This document shows, piece by piece, positions 45,470 through 56,210 of a stretch of DNA of 64,000 nucleotides. Numbering within the stretch: the stretch's first letter is position 1; the number at the start of each line of letters is the position of its first letter. The stretch spans positions 64,001-128,000 of the forward strand of contig CAWJIM010000004.1 in assembly GCA_963842945.1 (NCBI GenBank). Reading direction: 5' to 3'. The notes beneath the pieces are model-generated. The model saw only the letters and a program-made list of their open reading frames with translations, was not told the origin of the DNA and ran no database searches. The stretch is from an uncultured Gemmatimonadales bacterium. GTDB lineage: Bacteria > Gemmatimonadota > Gemmatimonadetes > Gemmatimonadales > GWC2-71-9. The position numbers and the translations under genes were made by a program.

Positions 45470-46764
45470 TCAGTAGCTGCGATTCTTTCTCCAGTTGCCG
45501 CCCACATAGGTGCCTCGCACGACCCCATTGTCGGTCCCGGAGACCAGCGCTTCCGCCAGCGTCTCGGCCTCACATCCCGCGAGCGAGGGGTGCTCGAGGT
45601 CGATCACCACCAGATCGCCCCAGTGACCGGCCTCGATCCGACCGGCGGGGAGTCCCAGCGCCCTGGCACCGCCGGCCGTCGCTGCATCGAGCACGACTGA
45701 CGCCACCTCCCCTTCCCCACTCCGCAACACCCCACGCCTCTCGTTGCGCAGGCGCTGCCCGTACTCCAGCCAGCGCATCTCCTCGAGCGGTGAAATGCGC
45801 GCATTGGAGTCCGACCCCAGGCTCAGCCGCTCCAGCACGATCCGGGACCGGCTCCAGCACGGGCAGCCCGTCGCCCAGGTTCCCCTCGGTAAGCGGACAG
45901 ACGCACACGGTCCCACCCGCCTGGAGAAACTGCCGCAGATCCTCGGGTGCGGTATGGGTGCAGTGCACCGCGGTCAGGTTCCCCCCGATGTCGAGCGTGT
46001 CGAGCAGCACCCGCATCGGTGGCCGGCCGTACGCCGCCACGCACTCCTCGATCTCCCGTCGCTGCTCCTCCACGTGCATGTGGAACGGCAGCCGGCGCCG
46101 CGCTGCTTCGGCGTGCAGCGCCGCGATGTCGTCGACTGCCGCGGCGCGGATGCTGTGCGCCACTGCGCCGAGACTCTGGGTCCGGCGATCGAGCGCCGAC
46201 TCGAGCCGGTCCATCTGCTTCCAGTACGCGCCCACATCGGTGGACCGGAAGCGCCGCTGCGCCGGGCCCGAGCGGCTGGCCGATGCCGCCGGTGGCGTAG
46301 TAGGTCTGGAGCAGCACGATGCGGATGCCGGCGGCGGCCGCGGCCTCGAGCACCACCCGGTCGAATTCGTAGTCGGTGCCGTCGCCCGCGTGGTGGAGAT
46401 AATGGAACTCGCCCACGGTGGTGATGCCGGCGTCCCGCATCTCCTCGAACGCCTGGACCGAGAGCCGGAACAGCTCGCGCTCGTCGAGCCGCTCGACCAG
46501 CGCGTACATCGCCTCCCGCCAGGTCCAGAAGTCGCCCGACCCGGCCGGGAACCGCTCGCCTCGACCGCGGAGGCCGCGCTGGAAGGCGTGCGAGTGGGCG
46601 TTGACGAAGCCCGGCAGGAGCGCGCAGCGCTGGTGACGGTCGGTCGGCTTCCGGCCGGCGGTCACGGCCTCGATCCGGCCGTCTTCGCCCACGACCACCT
46701 GCAGTCCGGGCTCGAAGCGGCGGCCGGTCCAGGTCAGTTCGGCTTCGATGACCCTCCCGCTCAC
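45470..46764 (-). CDS. hutF: Formimidoylglutamate deiminase (amidohydrolase), frameshifted
   Basis: GFVNAHSHAFQR, VGEFHYLHH, HMHVEEQ, CPLTEGNLGDG, SLGSDS. Confidence 0.88.
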
Positions 46765-46801
46765 GCCGGTTCCGCCGCGCGCCGGCGGCCGATCAGCAAC
46801 G

Positions 46802-47332
46802 CTATTCCTCCTTCCGCTTGGCCGTAGGCGGAAGAAGTCCGTTGAGTCGGAGATAGTTGGCCAGCTGGCTATAATGGTCGGCCCAGTCCTGCGCCGTGGC
46901 CAACATGACACCGGCCCGGGAGAGCTTCCGGCCGCCGAACCAGGGAAGCTGCTCGTCCAGCTTGGAGTCGTCCACCTTGGCCAGTGCGGACTCGCAGAAC
47001 TGGAACGACTCCTTGAGCGCCGGCACCAGCTTGGTCTTGCCGGCGTCGCCCTTCAGCTCGGCGCGCTTGGGCGCCTCCACTCCCGAGATGGTGGAGCAGA
47101 GATAGTCGTTGCCTCCTGCCAGGTGGGCAATGACGTCGCCGAAGCTCATCTGCGCCGGGGTGGGCTTGTAGCCATACTTGCCGCCGGGCATCTCCTCCGC
47201 CGCAGCGACGAGATCCCGGCCATTGCGCTGGGCCAGCGAGCGCAAGGCATCGGCTACCGGAGACGAGCTGCTCTGGGCAGCGGCCGGCACGGTGAACACG
47301 CAGAGTGTGAGGAGGAGAAGACAGGTCTTCAT
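46802..47332 (-). CDS. Secreted DinB-like protein
   Basis: AAEEMP..KYGYKPT, SFGDVIAH, HYSQLANYLRLNGLLPP. Confidence 0.85.
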   Translation of the reverse strand: MKTCLLLLTLCVFTVPAAAQSSSSPVADALRSLAQRNGRDLVAAAEEMPGGKYGYKPTPAQMSFGDVIAHLAGGNDYLCSTISGVEAPKRAELKGDAGKTKLVPALKESFQFCESALAKVDDSKLDEQLPWFGGRKLSRAGVMLATAQDWADHYSQLANYLRLNGLLPPTAKRKEE

Positions 47333-47410
47333 GGTATGATCCCGGTGGCGGGTAATGGGGACCTCACCTCAACCTAGCAACGCCAACCTCTTCCGCCACC
47401 CCGGTCCTGC

Positions 47411-48613
47411 TTACTGGTCTTTGCTCGCCGCGATCACGCGCTGCAGAAACCCGTCCAACGCATCGTCTCGAATCCAGCGGGCGACCACTACCAGATCGTA
47501 TTCGGGTATCACGCAGACCGCGTTGGTGCCGTTGCCGATGTGGCAAAACGTATTGGGCGTGGCGCCAGGCCACGGTCGCTGCCCGTCCGCGCCTGGGGAG
47601 TTCAGGAAATAGTTCATGAAGCCGTAGGTCGGCTGCGGTTTCGTGGGGGTCAGCGCCTGGGCGATCCACGCCTCCGACAGGATCTGCCGGTCCTTCCATT
47701 TGCCGCGGCGGAGCGTGAGGAGCCCAAACCGCGCCAGGTCGCGCGCGCTGATCCACATGCCGCCGCCCCAATGCGCCCCGCCAGACACCGACTGCATCCT
47801 CTTGCCGCCGATCTTGACCCACGAGTTGTCGTACCCGTGCCAGACCCAGGTATTCGAGGCCCCGATCGGGTCCATCAGGTATTGCTTCAAGACTTCCGGC
47901 AGCGGACGGCGCCACACCATCAGTGCGGCATAGGCGAGCAGGTTGACCCGGACGTCGTTGTACTTGTAGGTCGTGCCCGGTTCAGCGTGGATCCGTTTCT
48001 TGTACTGCTCGATCGGCACATCGGCAGGCGGCCGGTCCGCCCAGTCGGGTTTGCCCCAGAGCGTGCCTTCCCAGTCGCTGGTCTGACGCAGCAGGTGCTC
48101 CCAGGTGATTTTCGCGTTGTGTTCCGAGTCGAACTCACCCGTTTTCACGTAGTCTTTGACCCTGGCGTGGAGATCGGGGATGAGCTTGCGATCCCACGCC
48201 AGGCCGACCGTGCTCGAGAGGAAGCTCTTGGTGATACTGAAGGTCAGATCCACCCGCTCCGGCTCGCCCCACTCTGCTACCAGGTAGCCGTGCCGCAGGA
48301 TGATACCGGTCATCTCTCCGCGGCTTTTGAATGGGCCGATGGGATCCGGCAGCGGCTCCCGGCGCATACGGGCCAGCCCAATGCTCGGCCAGAAGATCTC
48401 TCGGCGCGGTGCTCTCCATCGACTTGGCAAAGGCGACTGCCGAGTCAACCAATGCCGCATCCATGGCGACGAGATGCGGGGGCGCGCCGTTCCCACTGCC
48501 CGGCAGGCGGGTAGTACGGCGATGCTGGGGCCGCGACTGGGCACCGAGGGATCCCGCGGCGAGGAGAACAGCGGGCAGCAATGCGAAGATCTTCGCGCTG
48601 CCCAAGGCTTCAA
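47411..48613 (-). CDS. Serine hydrolase (beta-lactamase class C-like); 5' end approximate
   Basis: SxxK FSITKS, YKYND, GGMWISARDLARFG. Confidence 0.85.
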   Translation of the reverse strand: MKPWAARRSSHCCPLFSSPRDPSVPSRGPSIAVLPACRAVGTARPRISSPWMRHWLTRQSPLPSRWRAPRREIFWPSIGLARMRREPLPDPIGPFKSRGEMTGIILRHGYLVAEWGEPERVDLTFSITKSFLSSTVGLAWDRKLIPDLHARVKDYVKTGEFDSEHNAKITWEHLLRQTSDWEGTLWGKPDWADRPPADVPIEQYKKRIHAEPGTTYKYNDVRVNLLAYAALMVWRRPLPEVLKQYLMDPIGASNTWVWHGYDNSWVKIGGKRMQSVSGGAHWGGGMWISARDLARFGLLTLRRGKWKDRQILSEAWIAQALTPTKPQPTYGFMNYFLNSPGADGQRPWPGATPNTFCHIGNGTNAVCVIPEYDLVVVARWIRDDALDGFLQRVIAASKDQ

Positions 48614-50475
48614 GGTTGTGGACTGACGCGGCTCCCATCTTTCGAGGGACCATAAGGCGACAGCCAATCGATATCCTTGACCGGCGCCTTCGGATCATCG
48701 CCCGGCTCGCGGACTGCGGGCAGGATGGACGTGGCAATGAAGTTATTCAGGTATCTTCCCCCGCGTCGATTTGAGTAGTTGCCCCCCATGGCTGTCGCAA
48801 CCAGGTCCAGCTCCGGCACGACGAAGACCATTTGACCGCCCGCTCCCCGAGCCGAATAGCCTAATACCTGGCGGCCCTTGTACGGGTAATACTCCATCCA
48901 CCAGAAGTAGCCGTAATAGATGTTGCGCAAATGATATTGGGGCGAGACTGCAGCCTTCGCGTAGCTCGCGCCGAGAATCCGCTTTCCGGCCCAGGTGCCG
49001 CCGTTCAGCATCAGCTGTCCGAACTTCATGTAGTCACGCGCCCTGATCGCCACGCTTCCTCCGCCGTAGGGGCGGCCGTTGGTGTCGAGGGGCCAGGAAT
49101 AGTGCATGATCTGCATGGGGCGAGCGACCAGGCGGTCGAAGACCCGAACCGGGGACTGGTGCATCGCTTCGCCGAGCATCGAGAGCGCCAAATGCGGCTG
49201 CATGCTGCAATAGACGCTGTTCGTGCCGGGGTCGGTCGCCATCGGCACCGACATGAAATAGGCGATCACGTCCGGCGGCTGCAGTTCGTCACCGATGTAG
49301 TCCTCGTTCCCCGGAGCCTTCTCATCGGTGTCGTCGCAATAATGGCCCGACGACATGGTAAGCAGATTCTCGAGCGTCATCGCCCGCTTGCGCGGCTCTA
49401 GACCAGCCGGGAAGACGCCTCCATTCATCACCTGGTACACATGGCTGTCGAGCCGAAGCGGCGCCCCGGCGTACATCGCGGCGCCGATCGTCGTGCTGGT
49501 CAGGCTCTTGGCGCCAGAACGCAGGGTGTGGAGCTTGTCGCGCGAGAAGCCGTGGAAATATTCCTCGAGCAGGAGCCGGCCGTGGCGGGCGATCAGGAGG
49601 GCGTGGATCTCCGGCGCGTCGGCCTCGTCCATCTTCATGTCGATGATCGACTGGACGAGACGTTCCATCGCCGGCTGATCGATCCGTTGGGCGGCGAGGG
49701 TCGAGGTAGGCCACCCGTCACCGAGAGAAGGCGGCGGAGAATAACGGTACCGATTGCCGGGGCGGGGCCGCGGATAGACCAGGCTCGAACTGTCGTCGCG
49801 CGAGAAATCGTAGGTCCCGCCTCGGTTGGGGAAGATGAGCGAGAAGCCGTCCATTTCCTGCTGAACGAAGCCGGTGGCGAGTACGCGCTCGGAGGCGTCG
49901 TCAGAGCCCGCCATGAGCCGCACGGCATCGCTGCTGCGGATAAGCCTGCGCACTCCTCGCTGGTTGCCGAGATCGAACTCAGGGTTTCTGAGCACGGCAT
50001 CGTAAGAGCCGTCAGCTCGCCGCCGAGCGAAGATGTAGAAGGAGAATTCGTCCTCGCCCGGATCGACCGTACCGAGCCATTTACCGGATCCGTCGGCCTT
50101 CAGCATGACCGGCGAAGCGCTCGGCCGATCCTTCCGAAGCCAGAGGCCGCGGATCAGGCCGGGTCCTTCAAAGCGGCCGCTGAAGCTGCCTTCCTTTCCC
50201 GGCAGCTCGAAGGTGAGCTCCTGGCCTTTCTGAGTCACCGGCGCCTCGCGCCCGGCGATGTCGGCAAGAAGCCCATAGCTCGTACGCTCGATGATGAGCT
50301 CGCCCCGTACGTCGGGGCCGAACCACTTCTTCGCGCTCCATAGCCCGGAGAGATCGGCGGTGCTGGCACCAGCCGCCGGCGCGCTGCTGTTCTGCGCCAT
50401 GACCGGGCCCGAGCCGGCAAGCAGAGCAATGCAAAGTAGTGAAAGCGCGCACGTGGAAGAAACGTTCGGCCTCAT
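48610..50475 (-). CDS. Secreted serine hydrolase (beta-lactamase family) with N-terminal extension
   Basis: SGAKS, LLTMSSG, ARDYMKFG, GAGGQ. Confidence 0.85.
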   Translation of the reverse strand: MRPNVSSTCALSLLCIALLAGSGPVMAQNSSAPAAGASTADLSGLWSAKKWFGPDVRGELIIERTSYGLLADIAGREAPVTQKGQELTFELPGKEGSFSGRFEGPGLIRGLWLRKDRPSASPVMLKADGSGKWLGTVDPGEDEFSFYIFARRRADGSYDAVLRNPEFDLGNQRGVRRLIRSSDAVRLMAGSDDASERVLATGFVQQEMDGFSLIFPNRGGTYDFSRDDSSSLVYPRPRPGNRYRYSPPPSLGDGWPTSTLAAQRIDQPAMERLVQSIIDMKMDEADAPEIHALLIARHGRLLLEEYFHGFSRDKLHTLRSGAKSLTSTTIGAAMYAGAPLRLDSHVYQVMNGGVFPAGLEPRKRAMTLENLLTMSSGHYCDDTDEKAPGNEDYIGDELQPPDVIAYFMSVPMATDPGTNSVYCSMQPHLALSMLGEAMHQSPVRVFDRLVARPMQIMHYSWPLDTNGRPYGGGSVAIRARDYMKFGQLMLNGGTWAGKRILGASYAKAAVSPQYHLRNIYYGYFWWMEYYPYKGRQVLGYSARGAGGQMVFVVPELDLVATAMGGNYSNRRGGRYLNNFIATSILPAVREPGDDPKAPVKDIDWLSPYGPSKDGSRVSPQP

Positions 50476-50672
50476 TGTCGGGGCTCCTCTGTCCAGGTCC
50501 AGGCCGATGCGGCACCCGGGCCGGAGTCAGAGGATCGGGTAGAGGACGCTCCTGGGGGCTGGTCCCGGTCGGCCGGGCGAAGGTGCGGGAAAGGCCGCGT
50601 TGTAAGGACGGGGTTCACGGTCGTTTGACCCAATCGGCCGCCAAAAGGTTGCGCAGTCGATGATCGTAGAGC

Positions 50673-51834
50673 TCACGCCGACTCCGCCGCGCAGGCTCGG
50701 TGGACGATGCGAGTCAGCAGCTCCCCGGCGCGGACGAACTCCGCCACCGGCAGCGATTCGTTCGGCTTGTGGGCGACCTCGATCGAGCCCGGCCCCCAGA
50801 TGACGCAGTCGAGTCCGAGCCGGCTGAGCCAGCCGCCGTCGGTGCCGAACGGCGCGCTCCCGGATCCGGCCTGCCCCAGCTCCTCGGCGAGCAGGCGAAG
50901 GATCGGTGCGTTTTCCGCGACCATCATCGGCGGGGTCTCGCCCAGCACCGCCAGCTCGAACGGCACCCGCGACACCGCCTCCTGCACCACCGCTCGCACC
51001 CGCCCGGTCATCTCGTCCGCCGACATCCCGGGCAGGAGCCGCACGCCCAGATCGAGCACGCAGTCGGCCGGGACCACGTTGGTGGCACCGCCGCCGGCGA
51101 CTCGGGCGACGTTGAGGGTGACATAGGGGACCTCGGGGAAGTGCTCCGCGTTGGGCGGCCGCTCCCGCTCGAGCGCCTGGCGCAGCTCGGCGAGGGCGAC
51201 GATCGCTCGGCCGGCCAGCCTCGACCGCGTTCACGCCGAGATGGGGAAGGCCACTGTGGGCGGGGATGCCGGTGAACGAGAGCCGGAGCCGCAGATGGCC
51301 CTTGTGCATGCGCAGGACCCGGAGCGAGGTCGGCTCGCCGATGATGGCGGCCGACGGGAGCGGCGGGACCGCGCCCGGCTCGTCCAACAGGCGCCGGGCG
51401 CCCAGGGTGCCGGTCTCCTCGTCGTGGGTGAAGAGCAGCACGAGCTGGTGCCGGAGTCGCGGGATGTCGGCCGCGGCGAGCCGGTTGATCGCGAGGGCGA
51501 GGAAGCCCTTCATGTCGGCCGCGCCGCGGGCGACGTAGGATCCATCGCGCCGGGTCAGGGTGAACGGGTCGGACTCCCAGCCCTCCGATTCGGCCGGCAC
51601 GGTGTCCATGTGGCCGGAGAGGACCAGACCGCGGTCGCCGTCTTCCGGGCCGGCCGCCACGATCAGGTTGAGCTTGGCGCCGTCGGCCGTCGGGTGCCGG
51701 GTGATGCGCACGCCGGGGCGGTCGAGGTAGTCGCTGATGAAGTCGGCGATCTCCCGGTTGCTCTTGTGGCTGGTGGTGTCGAAGGCGACGAGGCGGGCGA
51801 GAAGGGCCTCGTCGGAGAGCGGCTCGGCGGTCAT
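50673..51834 (-). CDS. argE: Acetylornithine deacetylase-like M20 peptidase, frameshift near 51220
   Basis: LSGHMDTVP, RGAADMKG, DEE, IIGEPT, GPGSIEVAHKPNE. Confidence 0.88.
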
Positions 51835-51950
51835 CGTTCGCCGGAGAAGGGCAGCACCATGGCGGTACGAAGGTAAGGCGGTGAGCCCGTCCTTGCTGGC
51901 AATCCCCCATGGCCCTCGACACATTTAAGCCTCTCTTCCACCGGCAGCTT

Positions 51951-53048
51951 GTGACCCCCAACGACTCCTCGCTCGCCACCGCGCTGGCGGGCCGCTACGC
52001 CATCGAGCGCGAGCTGGGCCGCGGCGGCATGGCCGGCGCCGCTCCGGGGCAACCCGCGGTTCCAGCGGCTGGTGAACGGCTCGTGACTGCGGACCCACGC
52101 GCGCGACTGCAGGAGGCGCTGGCCGATCGCTACGTGATCGAGCGCGAGCTCGGCCGTGGGGGCATGGCCACTGTCTATCTGGCGCGGGATCTCCGGGATG
52201 ACGGAGCCGTCGCGCTGAAGGTCCTTCACCCCGAGCTCGGCTACACGGTCGGCGCCGACCGGTTCAAGCGCGAAATCCGGGTCGCGGCGCAGCTGCGGCA
52301 TCCCAACATCCTTGGCGTACTCGACTCGGGAGAGACACCGGGCACCGGGGATGCAGGAGACGGCCTGCTCTGGTTCACGATGCCCCTGATCGAGGGAGAG
52401 AACCTGTACGAGCGGCTGCAGCGGGAGCACCAGCTCGCGCCCGACGAGGCGATCCGGATTGCGACCGAGGTGGCAGGTGCCCTCGCATACGCGCACCAGC
52501 AGGGCGTGGTCCACCGCGACATCAAACCTGACAATATCATGCTCTCGGGTGACCAGGTGCTGGTCGCCGACTTCGGCGTGGCCCGTGCGGTCACCGAGGT
52601 GCAGGAGAAGCTCACTGCGACCGGGATGACCGTCGGCACCCCGACCTACATGAGCCCGGAGCAGGCGAGCGGCGACAAGGCAATCGACGGCCGGAGCGAT
52701 ATCTTCGCGCTGGGCTGCGTGTTGTACGAGATGCTGGCGGGCGAGCCGCCGTTCAAGGGGCCGAACCCGCAGACCACTCTCATGCTGAGGTTCATGGGGC
52801 CGCCCCGGCCGCTCCGCCCGGTGGTTCTGGTCCCCGAGCACGTGGAAGCGGCCATCGTGCGCGCGCTGGCCAGGGATCCAACTGAGCGATTCGCCACCGC
52901 CGCGGAGTTCGCGGACGCCTTGGCGGGACATCAGACCGCGCCACCGGCTCAGGCCGTTGCAAAAACCTCGACGAGAAGGGGGTGCGCCGGCATGCTCCTG
53001 CTGGCCACGGGAGTAGCAGGATTAACCGCCCTCATTCTGCGGACCTGA
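51951..53048 (+). CDS. Hanks-type Ser/Thr protein kinase with C-terminal TM; duplicated N-terminal start
   Basis: LGRGGMA twice, VALK, HRDIKPDN, DFG, YMSPEQ. Confidence 0.92.
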   Translation: MTPNDSSLATALAGRYAIERELGRGGMAGAAPGQPAVPAAGERLVTADPRARLQEALADRYVIERELGRGGMATVYLARDLRDDGAVALKVLHPELGYTVGADRFKREIRVAAQLRHPNILGVLDSGETPGTGDAGDGLLWFTMPLIEGENLYERLQREHQLAPDEAIRIATEVAGALAYAHQQGVVHRDIKPDNIMLSGDQVLVADFGVARAVTEVQEKLTATGMTVGTPTYMSPEQASGDKAIDGRSDIFALGCVLYEMLAGEPPFKGPNPQTTLMLRFMGPPRPLRPVVLVPEHVEAAIVRALARDPTERFATAAEFADALAGHQTAPPAQAVAKTSTRRGCAGMLLLATGVAGLTALILRT

Positions 53049-53107
53049 GGATGCGATGCGGTGGTGCCAAGGCTCCGGACCATAGCCTTCCACCACAGGA
53101 GCAGACC

Positions 53108-53492
53108 ATGTCCAACGCAATTGCACCCGCACTGACGCCCGAACAGTGGGACAGCCGGGATTATCGCCAGGCGGCCCGCGAGCTGGACAGCTGGGCCAAG
53201 CAGAGCGGCATCTCGGGCGGTGATTCCACCGAGTACGTCGCCAAGCTCGGCCTCGACCAGCACGGCGCGGTCATCGTGATGAATCGGGCGCACGATAGAG
53301 TCCTGGTGCCGCCGCCGTCGCGTGGCGCGTTGGCGGCCTTTGCCCTCGCCGAGCAGCCGTTCGGATTCAGCCAAAACGATGTCGAGATACTCCACGCTGC
53401 CGCCGATGCTACTCAGGATTCGGGTCTCGCGGGATCACTGAGGAGCCTGGCGGACACGGCTCAGTGCCCTAGTACCGCCCGCGGCTGGATGA
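53108..53492 (+). CDS. Hypothetical protein
   Basis: AGGAG RBS, MSNAIAPALTPEQW; frameshift near 3' end. Confidence 0.65.
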
Positions 53493-53504
53493 CCAGGCCC
53501 AGGA

Positions 53505-53664
53505 GGTCAGGCAGTCAGTCGGGCGGGCGGTCAGTCGGTCGGTCGGTCGGTCGGTCTCTACAGCGATTGTTACCCGAGCGCAGCGACAGATCCTTCGCTT
53601 CGCTCAGGATGACAATATTCGGTCACGCGGCGGGAGCTCCACGGGGAAGCTGATCGGCAGGTCA
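53505..53664. repeat. Direct repeat copy 1 (GGTC microsatellite, REP, 3' end of heme-binding gene)
   Basis: 53605-53664 nearly identical to 62706-62766; AGATCCTTCGCTTCGCTCAGGATGAC REP. Confidence 0.8.
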
Positions 53665-54470
53665 TCGGAAACGGCAGACTCGGCCGCCGCATCCAGGCAA
53701 TGGGGATGGCCAAAGCCACTGGCGCTGACTCCGCCGCCATCGATGTCGTAAATGATGTTGTCGGTGCCGCTGGGTGCGACCCCCGCAGGAACGTTGCTCA
53801 GACCGAGATAAAAGCGAGTCTTCCACCCGATAGCGTGGTCCGCGCACGAGGTATCGCCGCTCACCCCCACGGCCCCGATGAGATTGCCGGCTGCGTCGTA
53901 GAGCGGAAACCCGCCGCCGAACACGTTGGTCCCGCCGATGCGCTTTCCGACCATGTAATCGTCTGGCGTGCCATAGTTCTCGATATTGCCTCCATACGCC
54001 ACATCTTCATTGATCGGGTTTGCCTCCTGCAGACCGAAGAGACTTCCGCCGGGCTGCGTCGCCGTATACAGATTGGCGGTAGAGAGCGCCAGACCGCCGA
54101 AGCCGAGGTAGGCGGCATCAAGACTGAAATTCATCGCGGTGTTGGCCTTTTGCGCCGAGATGATCCGGCTCCCCTGCCACTGGTCGCCTTCCCCCGTTCC
54201 GCTGTAGACCACCGCGACCACCACGCCCGCCGTATCCACCACCGTCGCCCACATGTTCAGGTTGAGGCCGGCGTTTCCGTCGGGGACTCCATCCGCGCTC
54301 ACCCCGACAGCCTGCAAAAGAGCGGCCTTCAACTGGTCGTGGGTTACCACCGGCACGGGATCGAAGCTGGGAGGTCCGCTGATGGTATTGTCATCACCAC
54401 ACGCGCCGATTCCCCAAAGCAAAGCCATCGCGCCAATCGCCGACCGCCACCGACGTCTTCGCGGACCCAT
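53623..54470 (-). CDS. GlcG/HbpS family heme-binding lipoprotein
   Basis: GAC lipobox; ISAQKANTA, FGGGFPLY, GAVGVSG; true stop probably 53623 by comparison with repeat copy 2. Confidence 0.85.
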
Positions 54471-54565
54471 TGGAACCCTCCAATCTTTTGTGAGTGACGA
54501 GAAAACAAGAGGGGGCTCTGACTAAGGCACCAACGTAGGAGCCAGTTCTGACCGGGTCAAGCGAG

Positions 54566-54698
54566 TCATACCGAAACAGAGGGTAGGTATTCCCGGCTTA
54601 GAGACAAAGACGGGCACCAAGTATCTGCAGATACATACGGCTCTTCGGAGCGCGAGATTGAAGGGGAAAAGACATCGGGCATCACTTTTCGGGATGAC
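54566..54698. repeat. REP/MITE-like element with GTCAT(A/C)CCGAAA ends
   Basis: GTCATACCGAAA ... TTTCGGGATGAC. Confidence 0.45.
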
Positions 54699-54882
54699 CG
54701 TAGGCAATCAACACATAGCTTCCGTTAGGAGTCGCGCGGGCTGCGCCGGCTCACCTCCAAATTAGGCTTGATCTATCAGGTCCTGCCCGATCCCGGCGCT
54801 GGCGCGCGCCCGTACTTGCGCGTCATAGACGAATCGGGGCGGACTCCCTATGCCATAAGGATGTTTTGCAGGTAAGGGGTGT

Positions 54883-55134
54883 TCAGCCCAGCTCCCGGAT
54901 CGCTGCCAGCCAGACCTCGGGATCTCCCAAGCGAACCACCTGGGTCTACGCCCACGTTCTCCAGCACAGGGCCAACAGGGTGAGTCGCTGGGTGTCGTCC
55001 CAGAAGAGCTTGCCCTGGTTCATCTCGAATTTCTCTGGCGTCATTTCCCACCGCTGGTGCGCCTCCTCACCGGTCCAGGCCCGCCCCGTTCGGCCGATGC
55101 TCCAGCGAACAAGCACCTGATCATGGTCCGGCAT
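54883..55134 (-). CDS. Small hypothetical protein, one frameshift
   Basis: AAGGAGG RBS; WEMTPEKFEMNQGKLFW...LENVGVD. Confidence 0.65.
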
Positions 55135-55161
55135 GCCTTCCTCCTTCCGTCTGCTCTTAGC

Positions 55162-55545
55162 CTACCTCAGGCCGACCATCATGCCGCCCAAGGCAAGCAG
55201 GGTGGTTACCCAAAAGCCGAACATCCACCGCAGGAGTTCGGTGCGGACCTGCTGAACCTCGGTCCGCATCTGGGCGAAATCTGTGCTGGAGTCAATCCGC
55301 GACTGGGCGATCTCCTGCCGAAGCTCGGACCTCAGCTCTACCATTGCCTGCCGCAGGTCGGCTCGGAGCTCCGCCAGCCGCTGCTCGAGTTTGGCATCGA
55401 AACGAGCGAAGTTGAGCTCGTTCAGCTCCCGCAAGTCCGCTCGGTACGTCAGGTCCACGGCGTTAAACCAATCCACCAGCTCATTGGCCACGTCCTCGCC
55501 CAGCACATCGTAGAATCGCTTGGACAATTTCGCGGTGACCGGCAC
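55162..55545 (-). CDS. DUF1640/CCDC90-like coiled-coil membrane protein, copy 2
   Basis: Near-identical N- and C-termini to 36022-36330, 25 aa longer stalk. Confidence 0.78.
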   Translation of the reverse strand: MPVTAKLSKRFYDVLGEDVANELVDWFNAVDLTYRADLRELNELNFARFDAKLEQRLAELRADLRQAMVELRSELRQEIAQSRIDSSTDFAQMRTEVQQVRTELLRWMFGFWVTTLLALGGMMVGLR

Positions 55546-55577
55546 GAATGCTCCTGGGAGGGACCGGCACCATGATA

Positions 55578-55606
55578 AGCATAAGCCGCAGAATCTCGGG
55601 TATCAA
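55578..55606 (-). promoter_or_regulatory. Sigma70-like promoter TTGATA-N17-TATGCT
   Basis: Same boxes as 36363-36391. Confidence 0.7.
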
Positions 55607-55760
55607 TAAAACGCGTCCCGGTTCAGCCCGTCCATCACGTTCACCAGATGGACGATCTGCTCGCCGGTGGCATCCAGCTCGGCACTGGTGCCTACGTGTG
55701 CCCGCCGAGCATCTGATCCCTGCTCCATGGTCTGGTCGAACCGCTTCATAGCTCGGACAG

Positions 55761-55789
55761 AAAAAGGCCACCCATCACGGGTGGCCCTT
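55761..55789. terminator. Intrinsic terminator homologous to 34712-34740
   Basis: GGCCACCC-atcac-GGGTGGCC with A-tract. Confidence 0.7.
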
Positions 55790-55807
55790 GCCTGCTAGCC
55801 GTCAGTC

Positions 55808-55950
55808 TCACCGGGTCGGAGTAGCCGGGTCCTCGAGCAGAAGTATGGGAAACGAGAAGTGGTGTTCGCTCTGTCCGGCTCGAGCGTCGCAATCGGACGG
55901 GAGGTGCCGAGCAGAGACGCTGAAAGGCCGAGGCGGACGAGGAGGTTCAT
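55808..55950 (-). pseudogene. Small protein copy 2 with 52-bp internal deletion
   Basis: MNLLVRLGLSASLLGTSRPI and out-of-frame QSEHHFSFPILLLEDPATPTR. Confidence 0.7.
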
Positions 55951-55988
55951 GGGCCCCGTGCGAGAAGCCGCCGCCGAGTCTCAAGATT

Positions 55989-56207
55989 TCAGGCGCCAAC
56001 CGGCAGCCATGGGTGGTGACACTTGGTACAACGCGCCTGCGCCGCCGGCCCGGCACCAACGCTGGTCGGGTGTCCCGAATGACCGCAGCTGGGGCAGGGT
56101 CCGGGATCGTGAGGGTGCCAGGGGTTGCTGCAAGCCCAGCGAATCTGACCCGCCGCCGTTTCCCGGACCGGGATCATCGGGTACTGATCGTCGACGCAGT
56201 GGGGCAC
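55989..56207 (-). CDS. 72-aa Cys/His-rich zinc-ribbon-like microprotein
   Basis: CPSC and CTKC pairs, starts 3 nt after TetR stop. Confidence 0.55.
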   Translation of the reverse strand: MPHCVDDQYPMIPVRETAAGQIRWACSNPWHPHDPGPCPSCGHSGHPTSVGAGPAAQARCTKCHHPWLPVGA

Positions 56208-56210
56208 CGC

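Noticed and set aside
47411..50475. Antibiotic-resistance beta-lactamases
   Set aside because: SxxK serine hydrolases of this broad family are mostly esterases or peptidases; activity cannot be inferred from sequence alone.
55603..55749. 48-aa ORF MKRFDQTMEQ...
   Set aside because: No RBS or motif and overlaps the downstream promoter; unsupported.
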